Source: Wickerhamiella versatilis
Lineage: Eukaryota
Reading direction: 5' to 3'
Assembly: GCA_030867685.1 (NCBI GenBank)
Contig: JAQOWU010000008.1
Coordinates: 1,302,001 to 1,366,000 of the forward strand
DNA: 64,000 nt
The translations under genes and the position numbers were made by a program. Below are positions 20,738-30,349 of this stretch, in pieces; the first letter of the stretch is position 1, and each line of letters opens with the position of its first letter. The notes beneath the pieces were generated by a model. That model ran no database searches, was not told where the DNA came from, and was given only the letters and a program-made list of their open reading frames with translations.

Positions 20738-21412
20738 ATGACACTCACTAATACTAAATGTGACAGTGAACGAAATATTGCTGATGTGGCCAGGGACCTC
20801 GCGTCTCAGATGATGCACGGGTTTGATTCCAGCCACGATATGCTACATGTATCCCGAGTAGAAAATACTGCACGTAAATTGGCAATGGTTGAAAAAGATA
20901 TAGATATTACTGTCGTACAGCTTGGCGCCATCTTACATGATGTTCTGGATCATAAATACTGCAAAGAAACACTGACTGAGAGTCGACTCTCCTTAGTGAA
21001 ATACTGTCTTACAATTAACGGACTTGAGCCCTTGAGAGTTGAACAGGTCTTAAAAATTATTCAAAATGTAGGCTTTAGCCTCGAGAAGAAGCTCAAGCGG
21101 AGCGGCAACTGGAGCTTGTGGCACGAAACATGCAAGGAGTTTCACTGTGTTCAAGATGCTGATAGACTTGACGCAATTGGCGCGATGGGGATTTTTAGAG
21201 CCGCAGCATATTCATGTGCAAAGCAGCAACCACTCTACAGTCCGAATCCGGAGGTTAATTCAGCGTACCAACATTTCTATGATAAATTACTTGGAATCAA
21301 AGATAATCTTAGAATGCCTGCTGCGCAACGAGCAGGCAGACAAAGACAGCTAATAATGGAAGAATTTCTCAAAGCAGCTGATCAAGAATTCCTCGGAGCT
21401 GATATTTTTTAG
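20738..21412 (+). CDS. HD-domain metal-dependent phosphohydrolase (YpgQ-like), 224 aa
   Basis: DSSHDMLHVSRV, GAILHDVLDHKY, CVQDADRLDAIGA, HFYDKLL. Confidence 0.88.
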   Translation: MTLTNTKCDSERNIADVARDLASQMMHGFDSSHDMLHVSRVENTARKLAMVEKDIDITVVQLGAILHDVLDHKYCKETLTESRLSLVKYCLTINGLEPLRVEQVLKIIQNVGFSLEKKLKRSGNWSLWHETCKEFHCVQDADRLDAIGAMGIFRAAAYSCAKQQPLYSPNPEVNSAYQHFYDKLLGIKDNLRMPAAQRAGRQRQLIMEEFLKAADQEFLGADIF

Positions 21413-21456
21413 CATATATTGAGGTTCAGCTTTCGCGCTGACTACGCGAGACAAAA

Positions 21457-23499
21457 ATGGGGGAAGATGTTACAGCGGAGCACCGTGCTCTGTTTACTAG
21501 TTTGATGTCTCTGATTCGAAGTGCAAGTGCAATATTTTCTCTAGATGTGGATTTTATAAGAGCTGCTGATCGTGAAGTAGGAGAGGAGCTAGATGTGCAG
21601 AGTGCGCGCATTTTAACGCTCGTCAATCGAATACTCGGGGCAAGTACCGGTGAATCGCCAAATTTTAAATCATTAGAAGACTTGCTAAGGCGCTGGAATA
21701 TTGTTGAGCAGTGCTTTGACTCTCTCGCGGATAAATTCGAAGTCGCGCTGAAGGAGCCTTCTGCATTGGTAGGTCAAAATGTTCCTAAACCTCCAACATC
21801 TCAACCCCAGAATAAAGCTAATAATATCCCTCGGCCGCAAGACAGTTTCTCTGTTCCTCCAAATAATTCACATGGCCCTTTTCGCCCTCTTTTAACTCAA
21901 AAGCCGCATGCCCTAGTAAACCTTGCCGAGTCTCTCAAGCAGCGTCCTCCTGACAGTGACCATGCCGATTTGTGGTATTCTCATCCGTATGAAACAGAAA
22001 TAAATGAACAACCTCTCCCGAAAAGGGCGCGAAGATGGCGCGAACCCATCCCACCAAGTGATTGGAACTCTACACCATTTACCTTTGTGGATAAGCCAGC
22101 CCAGCTCACAAAGCTTGTTAAAAAACTTCGTAATGCTGGCGAGATCGCCATTGATCTGGAACATCATGAATATAGGTCCTATCTTGGATTAGTGTGCTTG
22201 ATGCAGATAAGTACTCGGACGGAAGATTGGGTGATTGACACGCTTGCTCTTCGCACAGAGCTTCAAGTCCTCAACGAGGTTTTCTGTGACCCACATACCA
22301 TTAAGGTTTTCCACGGCGCTTTCATGGATATCCTGTGGCTTCAAAGAGATTTGGGATTGTATGTGGTAAACTTGTTTGACACAGGTGTGGCGTCAAGATT
22401 ATTGGGGAAAGCGAAGCACTCACTTGCTTATTTATTACAGTCATACTGTAATTTCACTGCGTCAAAGCAGTATCAGCTCAGTGATTGGCGCGTTAGACCC
22501 CTTCCCTCAGAGCTCTTAGCTTATGCCCGGGCAGATACACATTTCCTGCTTTTCATATATGATAATTTGCGAAATGAACTACTTCGTGAGGGCAAACTGG
22601 ATAAAGCTTTCGCTGAATCGCGTGAAGTGTCGTTGAAACGGTATGAAAAACCACTTCATAACGAAAATCCTGAAGAGCCTTCTTGGCTTGGTATTGCTTT
22701 CAAGTATCACATACCTCATTCTCAAAGGGGTCTTCTCAAGGCTCTTTACGAGTGGAGGGATAATGAGGCCCGAGAGGCTGATGAGTCTCCTCGTTTTATT
22801 ATGTCTCCGCAAGTGCTCGCTGCCTTGTGCTCTGTTCAGCCCGAGACTGCCTCCGGTGTTGTGAATGTAACTCATCATGTAAGTCCATATCTGCGGAACC
22901 ATGCGGTTTCCGTTGCAAATCTCATCAGTGAGTACAAGTCCCAACCAGAAGCCCCCGCGACAAGTCTATCTCAACAAGACTTATTTTCTCCAGAAGCGCT
23001 TGATGCTGCTAGCAAATTACGTTTGCAAACCCCCGTTCTTTATTCGGACCCTCAACAAAGCAAGATTGCCACTCCTCTTCTGATTTTACCAATTGTAAGT
23101 CCTTCAGATCTTGAGAAGATCGTGGAGTTTTCGAGGAAAATCCAAAGTAACTCAGTGTCGAATGTCGAACAGGAGCATGAAGTTGAGAGTGCTGAAGACG
23201 AGAATACTCCTCCTAAAAGAGAGGATCTGGAGACGTCAGGTCATCATGAAAGACGTAAAGGGAAAAGGGTAAATGTTGTGGATACAACGGATGATCTGGA
23301 GGCTGGTATAGGTACTCCCCCTAAAAAGAAATCCAGGCAGCTTCATGATGAGCCTGCATTTGATTTCGCATCCGTTAAACCAAAGCGACCGGAAGTTCAA
23401 CAGGCAGATTCAGTTAAGATTGGAGCAAAGGCGACAGGACCAAGGGCGGCGCGGGCGCCGCGTAGGGGTAATCCTCGATCCAGAACCTTCCATAAGTAA
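21457..23499 (+). CDS. RRP6: Nuclear exosome exonuclease Rrp6
   Basis: EIAIDLEHHEYRSYLG, KVFHGAFMDILWLQRD, YQLSDWRVRPL, YARADTHFLL, HRDC domain. Confidence 0.95.
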   Translation: MGEDVTAEHRALFTSLMSLIRSASAIFSLDVDFIRAADREVGEELDVQSARILTLVNRILGASTGESPNFKSLEDLLRRWNIVEQCFDSLADKFEVALKEPSALVGQNVPKPPTSQPQNKANNIPRPQDSFSVPPNNSHGPFRPLLTQKPHALVNLAESLKQRPPDSDHADLWYSHPYETEINEQPLPKRARRWREPIPPSDWNSTPFTFVDKPAQLTKLVKKLRNAGEIAIDLEHHEYRSYLGLVCLMQISTRTEDWVIDTLALRTELQVLNEVFCDPHTIKVFHGAFMDILWLQRDLGLYVVNLFDTGVASRLLGKAKHSLAYLLQSYCNFTASKQYQLSDWRVRPLPSELLAYARADTHFLLFIYDNLRNELLREGKLDKAFAESREVSLKRYEKPLHNENPEEPSWLGIAFKYHIPHSQRGLLKALYEWRDNEAREADESPRFIMSPQVLAALCSVQPETASGVVNVTHHVSPYLRNHAVSVANLISEYKSQPEAPATSLSQQDLFSPEALDAASKLRLQTPVLYSDPQQSKIATPLLILPIVSPSDLEKIVEFSRKIQSNSVSNVEQEHEVESAEDENTPPKREDLETSGHHERRKGKRVNVVDTTDDLEAGIGTPPKKKSRQLHDEPAFDFASVKPKRPEVQQADSVKIGAKATGPRAARAPRRGNPRSRTFHK

Positions 23500-23646
23500 G
23501 GACTCATTTCCTTTGTTCTTGTCGTTATTTTATTCATAAAGAATAAATTATGCTAGCATCATATATATCGAGTAACTCGCAGCTATAATCCTAATCTTGT
23601 CACAAAAATTTCATTCACCACGTAATAGTAGTCTACGTTACCTTAA

Positions 23647-26424
23647 TTACTTGCTGTTTTGTCCTCCTAGATAAATATCATTATAGAGCGGACAAGACTT
23701 ATTTGTCTTAATGTGACCGATTGCACCGCAGGTCGCACATTTCCGAGTTGTCGCCCTAGATCCTGTATTATCACCTTCGCCCTTCGTAGCTTTTCGTGCT
23801 TGGCGGCGATCCTGATTTCGTTTCAACCGCGCCAGCTCTTCCTCCAAAATCTTGCGACGGCGGCGGTTGATCTCTGCATCATTCGTTACCGCAATTTGGT
23901 CAGGCTTTACCTGTGAATCCTCAAGCTCCTGGCGCCGCTTCATGTAGGCACGAATTACATTTGCATCGCTAACTACCTCAGTTTTACGCACAAGCACATC
24001 ATTAGAGTCTTTCACCACACGTGTGATACGAAGCACCTTATGAGATCCAAGTTCATCGTCTTCAGCAATACCGAGATTTCCTCCACCAAGTTTGGACCCG
24101 ATCTCTTGCTGAGCTTGCTTTTCCACACGCTTATCTGGTACAAGCTTCGATGTATCTGTAATTTGAAGACTACGAGCCTGTGCATACCAAATTCTCTTTA
24201 TCTCTTCGTCATATGCTTTCTGTTGAAGAGCTACATTGTAAGAGTGGCCCCCAAGCTTGGACCTGTCTATTTTGTCATCTACAGCAGACTTGAATCCTCC
24301 TTTCATTGATGTTCGCAAAAAGCTGAATCCTTCACCACGGGCTGTAGGATCACCCTCACCATGTAACTGAAGCATTGCTTTTCCTTGGATGGCATTAATG
24401 AAATTTCTTGAGATATTCCATGGTGCGAGCTGCTCTTCAAGGCTCTCACCATCTTCTTCGTCCTTTGGATCATCGTCGACAGTTTTGCCATAGCCTGAAT
24501 CTTCTAGATGCTGCTGACCCACCTGCATTGCTTCAAGCATTGCAACATCCTCTGGAGTTACAAGCTGTCGGATTTGCTCTTCGCTCAACAGCGCGTCACC
24601 TGGTTTGAGCTTCCAATATCCCTGATCTTCTCCAGAACGTTGGTACTCCATAAATTCCTTCAGCCTCTGTCTATTTTGCATGTCATTTTGATCAGGGAAA
24701 TGGCCCGAAATGTCTTTCACTTGTAGCCTATGATGCTGGTTCTTGTTAAGTACGCGGTAGACAATCATTTTGAGGCGATTTTTAGATGCCGTTGTAACTT
24801 TTCTGGAATGAGGACCAGGAATCTGAGTGACCGGATACGTTTGTCCCGCAACGAATAAATATGGTACCGGTCGCAAAAAGTATCTCTGACCTCGAGACTT
24901 GCAAGAACTTCGAACAAGCAAAAAGTCCGTCTCATTAGGTTCATGCCTGAAAACCGGGGCACGAATCATTTGGTTATAGAGAGTCGGTACAACGCGCCCA
25001 GGCTCAACAAATCCGAAATTCCAAAATGCACTTCGATCTTGAACATCAAGTACATGCGTCTCGCCCAATGGTAACTTAGGACGGCTTGTATCATCAGGAT
25101 TTTTTTTCCGGTAGTAGTTAATTATTTTGGACCCCATTCCATAGTTTGATAAAACTAATGGAAATTCCTCAGAATATTCAACAAGAAATAATGGGGCTGT
25201 GTCACCTAGCGTAAGATCTCCTGACTTCGCCAAGAGCTGAGTTATAGGCTTATGCTTGTCCTTCTTCTTCTTTCGTACTTTAAGAGGCTGGAAATTAATC
25301 GTGGTTCCAGCTCTAACTTGGAATTTCGGACGATGCCAAGACCGCATCTGTGACTTTGACAATCGTACTTTGTAGAATGGACTCTGTAGCCGTAACGCCA
25401 AAAGAGAGTGATCAATATTAAGGCTTCCAATAGTTGATCTGACTTTCTTCTGGTAATTTTCACGGAGCATTTCATAAGACCGATCATTGGAAATATTATA
25501 CCGAGGTTCTAGCAACCTACGACGATGGATTGTGGATGACGCGGTATCTTCTATGAAAAGAAGGTGAGGATCATTCATGTCAACTTGAGCCTTAGGAGCT
25601 GCAAGCGTAAATTTTTCGTTGAGAATCGCGTTCTCTACATCAGAATTGTATATATCATCCTCATGCATAACTACAACGCCTCCGTCATCGATTTGAGGAC
25701 GCTTGGGGGCACTCTCCTCACCAAAGTCGAGCTCTGCAAGTTCATCTTCAATATCGTCATCAGAATGAGGGGTATCCACATCTAGGACCTTGTCCCAGTC
25801 TGCTGCTACCATAGCCAGCTTCTCCTCTTCGTGAGTTCTTGCGGTATCTGTTTCTGGCACTACTGTGGTACTACTGAAGTCGCTTTTTTCATTGATTTTT
25901 GGTTTATTTTCTTGCTTCACGTGAACAATATCACGTCGAGAACTCAGAGGGGGTGGAAGATCAATTGGACTTCTCCAAGAAAGCCTCTGGTCCATATCTA
26001 CATCTACGCGCTGCCGACTGGGAACACAGGGGCGCGATGCATTTGGTTGTGGGGCAATATAATGCGCTGGCTTTGGTCCAAAGAGGCGGTTCATCTTGAG
26101 TACAACATGAGGTTCATAGTCCTTGTACCAGCTTTTTAGTTTAGAAAGCGTTGCACTTTCATCATCCTCTGATTCATCTCCCTCTTCACCATCTGAACCA
26201 GCTAGATCTTTCAGCCAGTCTGCATCATCTCCCCTGGCGCCACCCACGGCTTCATCATCCACAACAGAATCTTCCTCTTCTGCCAGCTCATCCTCAGACT
26301 CGAAGTCTTCTGCATCATCAGCATGCTCTATCTTGTCTTTACCGCTGAGGTCTTGCGGGATTAGGCTTTCGAGATTGTGACCCGATTGAAGTAGCTTCGC
26401 CAAATCATCATCTTCTGAGGTCAT
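23647..26424 (-). CDS. TAF1: TFIID subunit Taf1
   Basis: DAEDFESEDELA, EYSEEFPLVLSNYGMG, IPGPHSRKVT, zinc knuckle RKCATCGAIGHIKTNKSCPLY. Confidence 0.95.
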   Translation of the reverse strand: MTSEDDDLAKLLQSGHNLESLIPQDLSGKDKIEHADDAEDFESEDELAEEEDSVVDDEAVGGARGDDADWLKDLAGSDGEEGDESEDDESATLSKLKSWYKDYEPHVVLKMNRLFGPKPAHYIAPQPNASRPCVPSRQRVDVDMDQRLSWRSPIDLPPPLSSRRDIVHVKQENKPKINEKSDFSSTTVVPETDTARTHEEEKLAMVAADWDKVLDVDTPHSDDDIEDELAELDFGEESAPKRPQIDDGGVVVMHEDDIYNSDVENAILNEKFTLAAPKAQVDMNDPHLLFIEDTASSTIHRRRLLEPRYNISNDRSYEMLRENYQKKVRSTIGSLNIDHSLLALRLQSPFYKVRLSKSQMRSWHRPKFQVRAGTTINFQPLKVRKKKKDKHKPITQLLAKSGDLTLGDTAPLFLVEYSEEFPLVLSNYGMGSKIINYYRKKNPDDTSRPKLPLGETHVLDVQDRSAFWNFGFVEPGRVVPTLYNQMIRAPVFRHEPNETDFLLVRSSCKSRGQRYFLRPVPYLFVAGQTYPVTQIPGPHSRKVTTASKNRLKMIVYRVLNKNQHHRLQVKDISGHFPDQNDMQNRQRLKEFMEYQRSGEDQGYWKLKPGDALLSEEQIRQLVTPEDVAMLEAMQVGQQHLEDSGYGKTVDDDPKDEEDGESLEEQLAPWNISRNFINAIQGKAMLQLHGEGDPTARGEGFSFLRTSMKGGFKSAVDDKIDRSKLGGHSYNVALQQKAYDEEIKRIWYAQARSLQITDTSKLVPDKRVEKQAQQEIGSKLGGGNLGIAEDDELGSHKVLRITRVVKDSNDVLVRKTEVVSDANVIRAYMKRRQELEDSQVKPDQIAVTNDAEINRRRRKILEEELARLKRNQDRRQARKATKGEGDNTGSRATTRKCATCGAIGHIKTNKSCPLYNDIYLGGQNSK

Positions 26425-26949
26425 TAAAGCTTAATAACCTAAGCCACCGTTGTTGACATTTTGTCGGTTAGTTATTGATTGATCAAAATGCCTCCATTAT
26501 TGCTGGAAAAAACCACTTTACACTGAATTAGAATTTATTGGGCACTGTACTGTCAAATTTCCAATTATTGCATTCAGTGCTGTAAATCCACGCTCGCTAT
26601 CTTGGGATACAATACCTGTACTATTTGTACTTGCGCTTGGACAAATAAAGACCTTTATGTGGTCTTCCTTATTCTCTTAGGCAGATAAAAGGTTCTCTTT
26701 AGCTATAAATACTTCATATTGCTTGAAAGTCGCCAAAACATTGATATGTACACTCATCAAATCTTACGAGGCAATAGGTTGAAGCTGTCTGACTTGTATG
26801 ATTAGTTTCTAATCCTGCACTCAGTTGCACTCGGTTTTAGAGAAAAAAAAATCCATACTTCTCTTTCCTAGAGCAATTTTCTAACCCTAAGCCTAAAGAC
26901 TGATAAGGCTCTTGTTTGTCTTGCATCTGTCAACTTAACACACTTGGTG

Positions 26950-27132
26950 ATGGAATTTAACGCAGAACTACAAAACAGGGATACTGAGCAAAGGCGAAAG
27001 AAGGAAGAGATTTTTGCGCCCGTCATGTCGCCATCGTGGTCAAAGAGCTCACGTCGTAGCGCTAAAAAGGCTGCGGAGACAAAGAAAGAAAATTCCTCTC
27101 TGAAGGACAAGGTGAAAAATTTTTTCTCCTAA
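26950..27132 (+). CDS. Possible small basic protein (60 aa)
   Basis: ATG-initiated ORF MEFNAELQ...SLKDKVKNFFS, sitting in an otherwise empty ~1.1 kb gap of a very compact genome. Confidence 0.45.
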   Translation: MEFNAELQNRDTEQRRKKEEIFAPVMSPSWSKSSRRSAKKAAETKKENSSLKDKVKNFFS

Positions 27133-27513
27133 GACCTTCAGTAGGCAATTTGTATTTGTGGGTGGTTTTCTAAAACGGCCCTACGGAGAAATACGTTCTT
27201 AATAGATCTAGGTATGTGATCTGTAGCAATTCTAGTAATAATCTAATACTTGACTGAACGGTCCTTCAACCTTTTATCTGATAATATTACTGGTTATGTC
27301 GCCGCTAGGGTATTCACCTGGTGCGGACGATAGAGGCAGAAGACAATTACGGTCTAAAGCACGTAATTCCGCTTTTTGTGTGACCTTGAGGCACCCGATA
27401 CGTATGAGGTGCAATCTGTTTACTTCAACTTTTATCAATATAAAGCTAAAAACAATGAGGCTTTCCCAAATATTCAGTAAATAGAGATCTAATGGGGTTA
27501 AATATATTAAAGT

Positions 27514-29736
27514 TCAAAAAGCACTTATTCTGCTGAGTTGAGGCCACTCTCGCTTATACAATGCCATAGCTATAACATCTTGAGCCTTTATCTTGCGGTC
27601 AAATGTAGCTTTGAAGTTACCATGAGTTCCCAACGCTTCCTTTATAAAACCATGAGCACCTGATTTTGTGAATAAGGGAACTGCCTGGAACCATGATATA
27701 TCCTCGGAGTTGAATAACATGTAGCGTACAGTGACAAGTTTGCGATGTATTTTCACTGGGAAGCCAGTGAGGATTGCGGTCTTGACTATGACTCGGTCAG
27801 AATCTGTATCTATCAGTGAGCCTGTCCCCACAATCCTTGGTTCGCTTGGACTAGGAGAGAAGTACACGACGGGTGCATTACCAAAGAATAAAGGTGCCAT
27901 CATGGTAGCACTGGCGTTGAGCCCTAAATGAATGAGCCGGTGTAGCTTGTAGATGTCGTTATCATGATGACCCGACTGACTGAACAAAGGATTAACTATC
28001 AGTCTTCTAGGACCATGTTGCATTAAGAGCTCAGATTTGGATTTAAGTGGCTCTGTGAATTCACTATCAAGATTGAATGAAGTCGAAACCGTCGCGAGCT
28101 TTTGTTCACCAGGAAGCAATCCGTATAAGGCGCTTGAAGTTAGTTTGGATGGGTTGATGCTTTCAAAAGACCTGTTTCCGCGGAGCTCTACTATAACTCG
28201 TGTTCCAACAGGAGCCCCAAACCCTTCTATTTCCTTGCGAATATGATTCCCCACGGCAGTCGTATTTTCTGGCCGTGCGAGCCTTGTGAACTCTGCAGGT
28301 GTCTTAAGATCTTTTTCGTTTGGATCCCACTCAGCAGATTTGAAGTCCAGAATACCCCTATAACGGCTTAGTCTAGCTTTTCCACTTTCTCTGGGGTCAA
28401 GCTCGATTTCGTCAGGGAAATCTAGTTCATCCTGCTGTTCCCGCTGCTCTCGTGCCTCGTTCAGTTCTGCATCATCAACTTCCTGATCCAATTCCATTTC
28501 ACCTGCTTCATCGTTGCCATCTTCTTCAATTAACTCACCCTCCTCATCACTCAATAGCTCATTGGGTTCTTCCACTTCGTCGTCTGAATCCATACGGTAA
28601 TCTTCGCCCTCCAGCATCCAAGTGGCCTGGTAATCTGAGACGCCTCGAGGCTTGCTTTTGAGAGGTTGGTTATTTGCGAGGTCTTTCGTCATCGACTCTG
28701 TGATATACGAATGTCCAATGACATTTATTCCTTTATCAGAATTTTGATCAGGATCATGAAGTTCTACAGATTCCTCGCATAATGGATCCAGTGACTGTGT
28801 GTTCTCAGGAAGCCAGTTTTGCGGGTCCACGTCCATACCTGCATTACCAACCGGAACTTCCCGTATACTCTCAACAGCAAGGTCACCATATGTTACTAGG
28901 TGTAATAAGTGACTAGGGGAAAGAGGTTTACCACGGACGAAACCCTCAACTGCCAAAGTTTGCGAGTCCGCATTAACTTCAGCCTTTTCTATAACCAGCC
29001 ACGGACGTTCATCACGCCAGTTAATACCTCGAGGAGATTTCTGGCATAAAGTACGGATGCAATTTTGGGTTTCTGAGGGATTATCGACAGATATGATTTT
29101 TTCCCCTGCGAAGAAATGGCTAAACCAGCTTGAGAGACTTTGTCTAATCTGAGTTTGGCGTTTGGCACCACCACTAACTTGTGAAAGATTCTGTACAACC
29201 CCCAGGGAGGTGGTAACACCTTGAGACGCTATACATCTGATAACTTGCTCACCATAATCATCAATTTCTTTTTCTGCGGAGAGTGCAAAAACTACAAAGT
29301 CCGCACCACGGGCTGCATCAAGCATTTCATAAAAAGATCCATATGAGGGCAAAAAAAATCGAAGTCTCTGTCTGAATCGTGATATCCAGGCAGTATTAGG
29401 TATATCAGGGTCGACCTCACCCTCAGACACCTCAATTAGTCGCCGACCAACTGCTGTAGAATCGATATCATCTGTTAGTGGCACGATAACCACATTTTTA
29501 GGTACTCCATGCCGACCATCAAATATTTTTGTACGTTCATAGGCTTTTGATTGCTTTACTGCTTTTAGCTGATTTGACAAATTACGCCGATCATGTTTCG
29601 ACAAAGTTCCTCCCTTCAATCCAGATTTATGTCCTGCAATTCTACCCTTGTTCTCATCCTTTATGGAACCTTTTGAGGAATGCCGAGTCTTAAAAGCCTT
29701 TTGCTTCTTTTTCAAGGTTGGCCTATGCACTGCCAT
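27514..29736 (-). CDS. TSR1: Pre-40S assembly factor Tsr1 (740 aa)
   Basis: MAVHRPTLKKKQKAFKTRHSSKGSIK start, DELDFPDEIEL, C-terminal GFIKEALGTHGNFKATFD..IKAQDVIAMALYKREWP. True ATG at 29736. Confidence 0.95.
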   Translation of the reverse strand: MAVHRPTLKKKQKAFKTRHSSKGSIKDENKGRIAGHKSGLKGGTLSKHDRRNLSNQLKAVKQSKAYERTKIFDGRHGVPKNVVIVPLTDDIDSTAVGRRLIEVSEGEVDPDIPNTAWISRFRQRLRFFLPSYGSFYEMLDAARGADFVVFALSAEKEIDDYGEQVIRCIASQGVTTSLGVVQNLSQVSGGAKRQTQIRQSLSSWFSHFFAGEKIISVDNPSETQNCIRTLCQKSPRGINWRDERPWLVIEKAEVNADSQTLAVEGFVRGKPLSPSHLLHLVTYGDLAVESIREVPVGNAGMDVDPQNWLPENTQSLDPLCEESVELHDPDQNSDKGINVIGHSYITESMTKDLANNQPLKSKPRGVSDYQATWMLEGEDYRMDSDDEVEEPNELLSDEEGELIEEDGNDEAGEMELDQEVDDAELNEAREQREQQDELDFPDEIELDPRESGKARLSRYRGILDFKSAEWDPNEKDLKTPAEFTRLARPENTTAVGNHIRKEIEGFGAPVGTRVIVELRGNRSFESINPSKLTSSALYGLLPGEQKLATVSTSFNLDSEFTEPLKSKSELLMQHGPRRLIVNPLFSQSGHHDNDIYKLHRLIHLGLNASATMMAPLFFGNAPVVYFSPSPSEPRIVGTGSLIDTDSDRVIVKTAILTGFPVKIHRKLVTVRYMLFNSEDISWFQAVPLFTKSGAHGFIKEALGTHGNFKATFDRKIKAQDVIAMALYKREWPQLSRISAF

Positions 29737-29788
29737 TAGTGTACCAAAAAATATTACATAATTTTTAGTATTACTGTTTAGTGTAATT

Positions 29789-29801
29789 TTAGGGCTTAGG
29801 G
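29789..29801 (+). promoter_or_regulatory. TTAGGG-C-TTAGGG, Tbf1/telobox-type site in the TSR1-RPS29 divergent promoter
   Basis: Two direct TTAGGG repeats in the 129-bp intergenic region. Confidence 0.5.
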
Positions 29802-29865
29802 TGTTAGTAAAGAATGCTGCCTCGTCGACGTGCCGCGAGCACGGTACATTTCGCTTAGATACAAG

Positions 29866-30036
29866 ATGGCTCACGAGAACGTTTGGTTCAGTCACCCACG
29901 CCGTTACGGTAAGGGCTCTCGCTCGTGCCGCATTACTGGCTCCCGTAATGCCCTCATTCGCAAATATGGCATCAACCTCTCTCGTCAGTGCTTCCGTGAA
30001 AAGGCTGCTGACATCGGCTTCGAGAAGCACCGCTAA
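29866..30036 (+). CDS. RPS29: 40S ribosomal protein S29 (uS14), 56 aa
   Basis: [56 protein letters not shown]; strongly biased codons; divergent from TSR1 like RPS29B. Confidence 0.96.
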   Translation: MAHENVWFSHPRRYGKGSRSCRITGSRNALIRKYGINLSRQCFREKAADIGFEKHR

Positions 30037-30349
30037 ATCTATATGAGAGCAGGCTAAAAATAAGTTGCTTCGCTCCAACCACCCATCAGGGTTGATTTGA
30101 TACTCATTTAGTGTATATACGCATGAGTATCTTTGCAAAGTGGCGCTAGCGATAACAAATTAGCGAAAATTCGCAAATATATAGGTAATGTAGCCCCTTG
30201 AATTCTCTATTCGTCTTAAATAGCAATTGCTCGGAACAAGTTCATTATTGTGCTAACAGGGTAGACTAGGTGTACCAGGTTGGTTCGATCCTTTTCCATA
30301 TATTAGAATTAGGTAATTGTTCAACTTCTTATTTTCTCTTGGTTACACA

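Noticed and set aside
29737-30138. 134-aa N-terminal extension of TSR1 in the ORF track
   Set aside because: Starts at TTG and is antisense to RPS29; Tsr1 homology starts at ATG 29736.
30185-30259. TGCTAACAG upstream of REH1 as a 5' UTR intron end
   Set aside because: No convincing donor, and the spacing differs from the two supported introns.
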